A DNA stretch of 63,717 nucleotides, filler included, from Octopus bimaculoides (lineage: Eukaryota), in the NCBI RefSeq assembly GCF_001194135.2. It is 6 parts of 5 records of this genome, joined end to end, with 100 filler letters (N's around TTAATTAATTAA, not from the genome) between each part and the next. Parts side by side here need not be neighbours in the genome. Positions count along the whole stretch, not along the records: positions 62,569 to 63,717 come from NW_026418735.1; 5 more parts are not named here. One strand, 5' to 3'. Positions within the stretch are counted from its first letter, which is position 1. Every line of letters starts with the position of its first letter. The position numbers and the translations under genes are program-made. Under the pieces are notes generated by a model. It made no database searches and was not told where the DNA came from. It saw nothing but the letters and a program-made list of their open reading frames with translations. Shown here one piece after another: positions 62,469 to 63,717 of this stretch.

Positions 62469-62568
62469 NNNNNNNNNNNNNNNNNNNNNNNNNNNNNNNN
62501 NNNNNNNNNNNNTTAATTAATTAANNNNNNNNNNNNNNNNNNNNNNNNNNNNNNNNNNNNNNNNNNNN
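62469..62568. other. Artificial 100-bp scaffold spacer
   Basis: 44 N + TTAATTAATTAA (62513-62524) + 44 N. Confidence 0.95.
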
Positions 62569-63717
62569 TCAATTCATTTTCGATGACAGCCACTATAGAG
62601 AAAAATTGCCGACGCCAGCAAAGGCTACTGTTAAAGGGCTTCTTCAGTAGTTGTTGTGTGCCTAAAGCGCAGTAGTGTGTTTTTAGATCGCGAAATGTTG
62701 GGCATCTTCACCAAGTCAGAAGAGGATACTTCATCGAAATATTTTTCAAAAACCTTCTCACTTCTCATTTTTGAAAGAGAGTTTTTCAACTTTTCAATTA
62801 ATTTCAAGCAATCACCGGCTGTCGTGCCTGGATGCTGTAAGCTACATACCACTGGCTCACATACCCCAAATATATCCCCAGCAATTTTAATGCCGAACAA
62901 AGTGGAAGCTTTGCCAGATTGTTTTAGCAGCCCTTTAACAGTAGCCTTTGTTGTTGCTCATAACGNNNNNNNNNNCAGCCCTTTAACAGTAGCCTTTGTT
63001 GTTGCTCATAACGACGAGTCATTAAGAAGGTCAAGCAAAAAATTTTGAATATTCTTATAATTGTTTCCTGCTCATTTTAGTGCTGTTGCTCTAATGCACC
63101 ACCGAGTTGGACACACTGCTTGCAACACAAAGATTTGTCCATTGTGCTTTTCTTTTTGGTGACTCTTTTACAAGAATGGCGCATTGATTAACAAAATTCA
63201 GTGCATCAGCTACAAAGGTAACCTTAGAACTAACTTCTTGGAGGACAAGGTCTAGAGAGTGGTTTCCACAGTGTACAAAATATTACCTGGGAACAAATTT
63301 TTCAATCGCATTTGTACACCTGAAATGTTTCCACTCATGGTACTTGTACCATCAAACGAAAAACAGCATAACTTTGAGCCAAGTGAAATGTTTAGGCAAC
63401 AAAAAACATCTAGAAAAATCTTAGTCAGTGTCTCCGAAGAGCAGTCAGGGGGATTATAAAAACCTAGAAAATCCTCATTGACATTCTGGTCTTCAGAAAC
63501 GTACCGGACAGTGATTGATACTTGTTCTATGCCAGAGCAATTAGTGGTATCATCACATATAATGCCAATAAATCTGGAATTTTCTACTTTTATTTTGATA
63601 TCATGTAAAATGTTATGAGCATATGCCTCTAAAATTTCGTTTTGAATTGTATCAGAGAGGAAATTGACCCGACGCTTAAACCACTGACTTACTTCTGCAC
63701 TGCATTCTTCAGCAAGT
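62569..63717 (-). pseudogene. Disrupted hAT-superfamily transposase (ZMYM1/DUF4371-like)
   Basis: About 150 open codons from the window edge: SDTIQNEILE...FIGIICDDTTNCSGIEQVSITVRYV...EDFLGF...FSFDGTSTMSGNISGVQMRLK. Then a frameshift to VHCGNHSLDL (63259-63276) and another to CPTRW (63099-63113), plus a premature stop. Confidence 0.88.

Overview
Eukaryotic (animal) genomic DNA from a gappy draft assembly. It is very rich in microsatellites and in tRNA-derived and RTE-tailed SINEs of the kind typical of octopus, so an octopod origin is inferred but not proven. Five 100-bp spacers (44 N + TTAATTAATTAA + 44 N) show the window is six scaffold pieces joined artificially: 1-26251, 26352-50028, 50129-59007, 59108-60937, 61038-62468 and 62569-63717. 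Piece 2 holds two divergent genes. One is a complete 8-exon TRMT1L-like tRNA N2,N2-dimethylguanosine methyltransferase on + (CDS 35463-48273, 865 aa, all introns GT-AG and in phase). The other is the first coding exon of an unidentified Q/N/S/P-rich protein on - (27773 to 26352, cut off by a join). A candidate bidirectional promoter lies between them near 32000-32090. The rest is repeats: an R4/Dong-like RLE LINE relic, an RTE LINE fragment, a broken hAT (ZMYM1-like) transposase, MITEs, many SINEs and a 19/38-bp minisatellite. The main leads are: (i) a short interspersed family carrying a minimal type I hammerhead-ribozyme fold with a variant core (CUGUUGA), plus a second hammerhead-like motif, resembling Penelope/retrozyme termini; (ii) a TRMT1L with the Trm1 DPFG motif changed to DAHG, no visible N-terminal zinc finger and a prion-like N-terminus; (iii) in-frame upstream open frames ending in a single UGA just before the start codon of both genes. 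Nearly all ORFs in the supplied track are microsatellite or N-gap artefacts. Protein comparisons are from recalled sequences, not database searches, and repeat boundaries are approximate.
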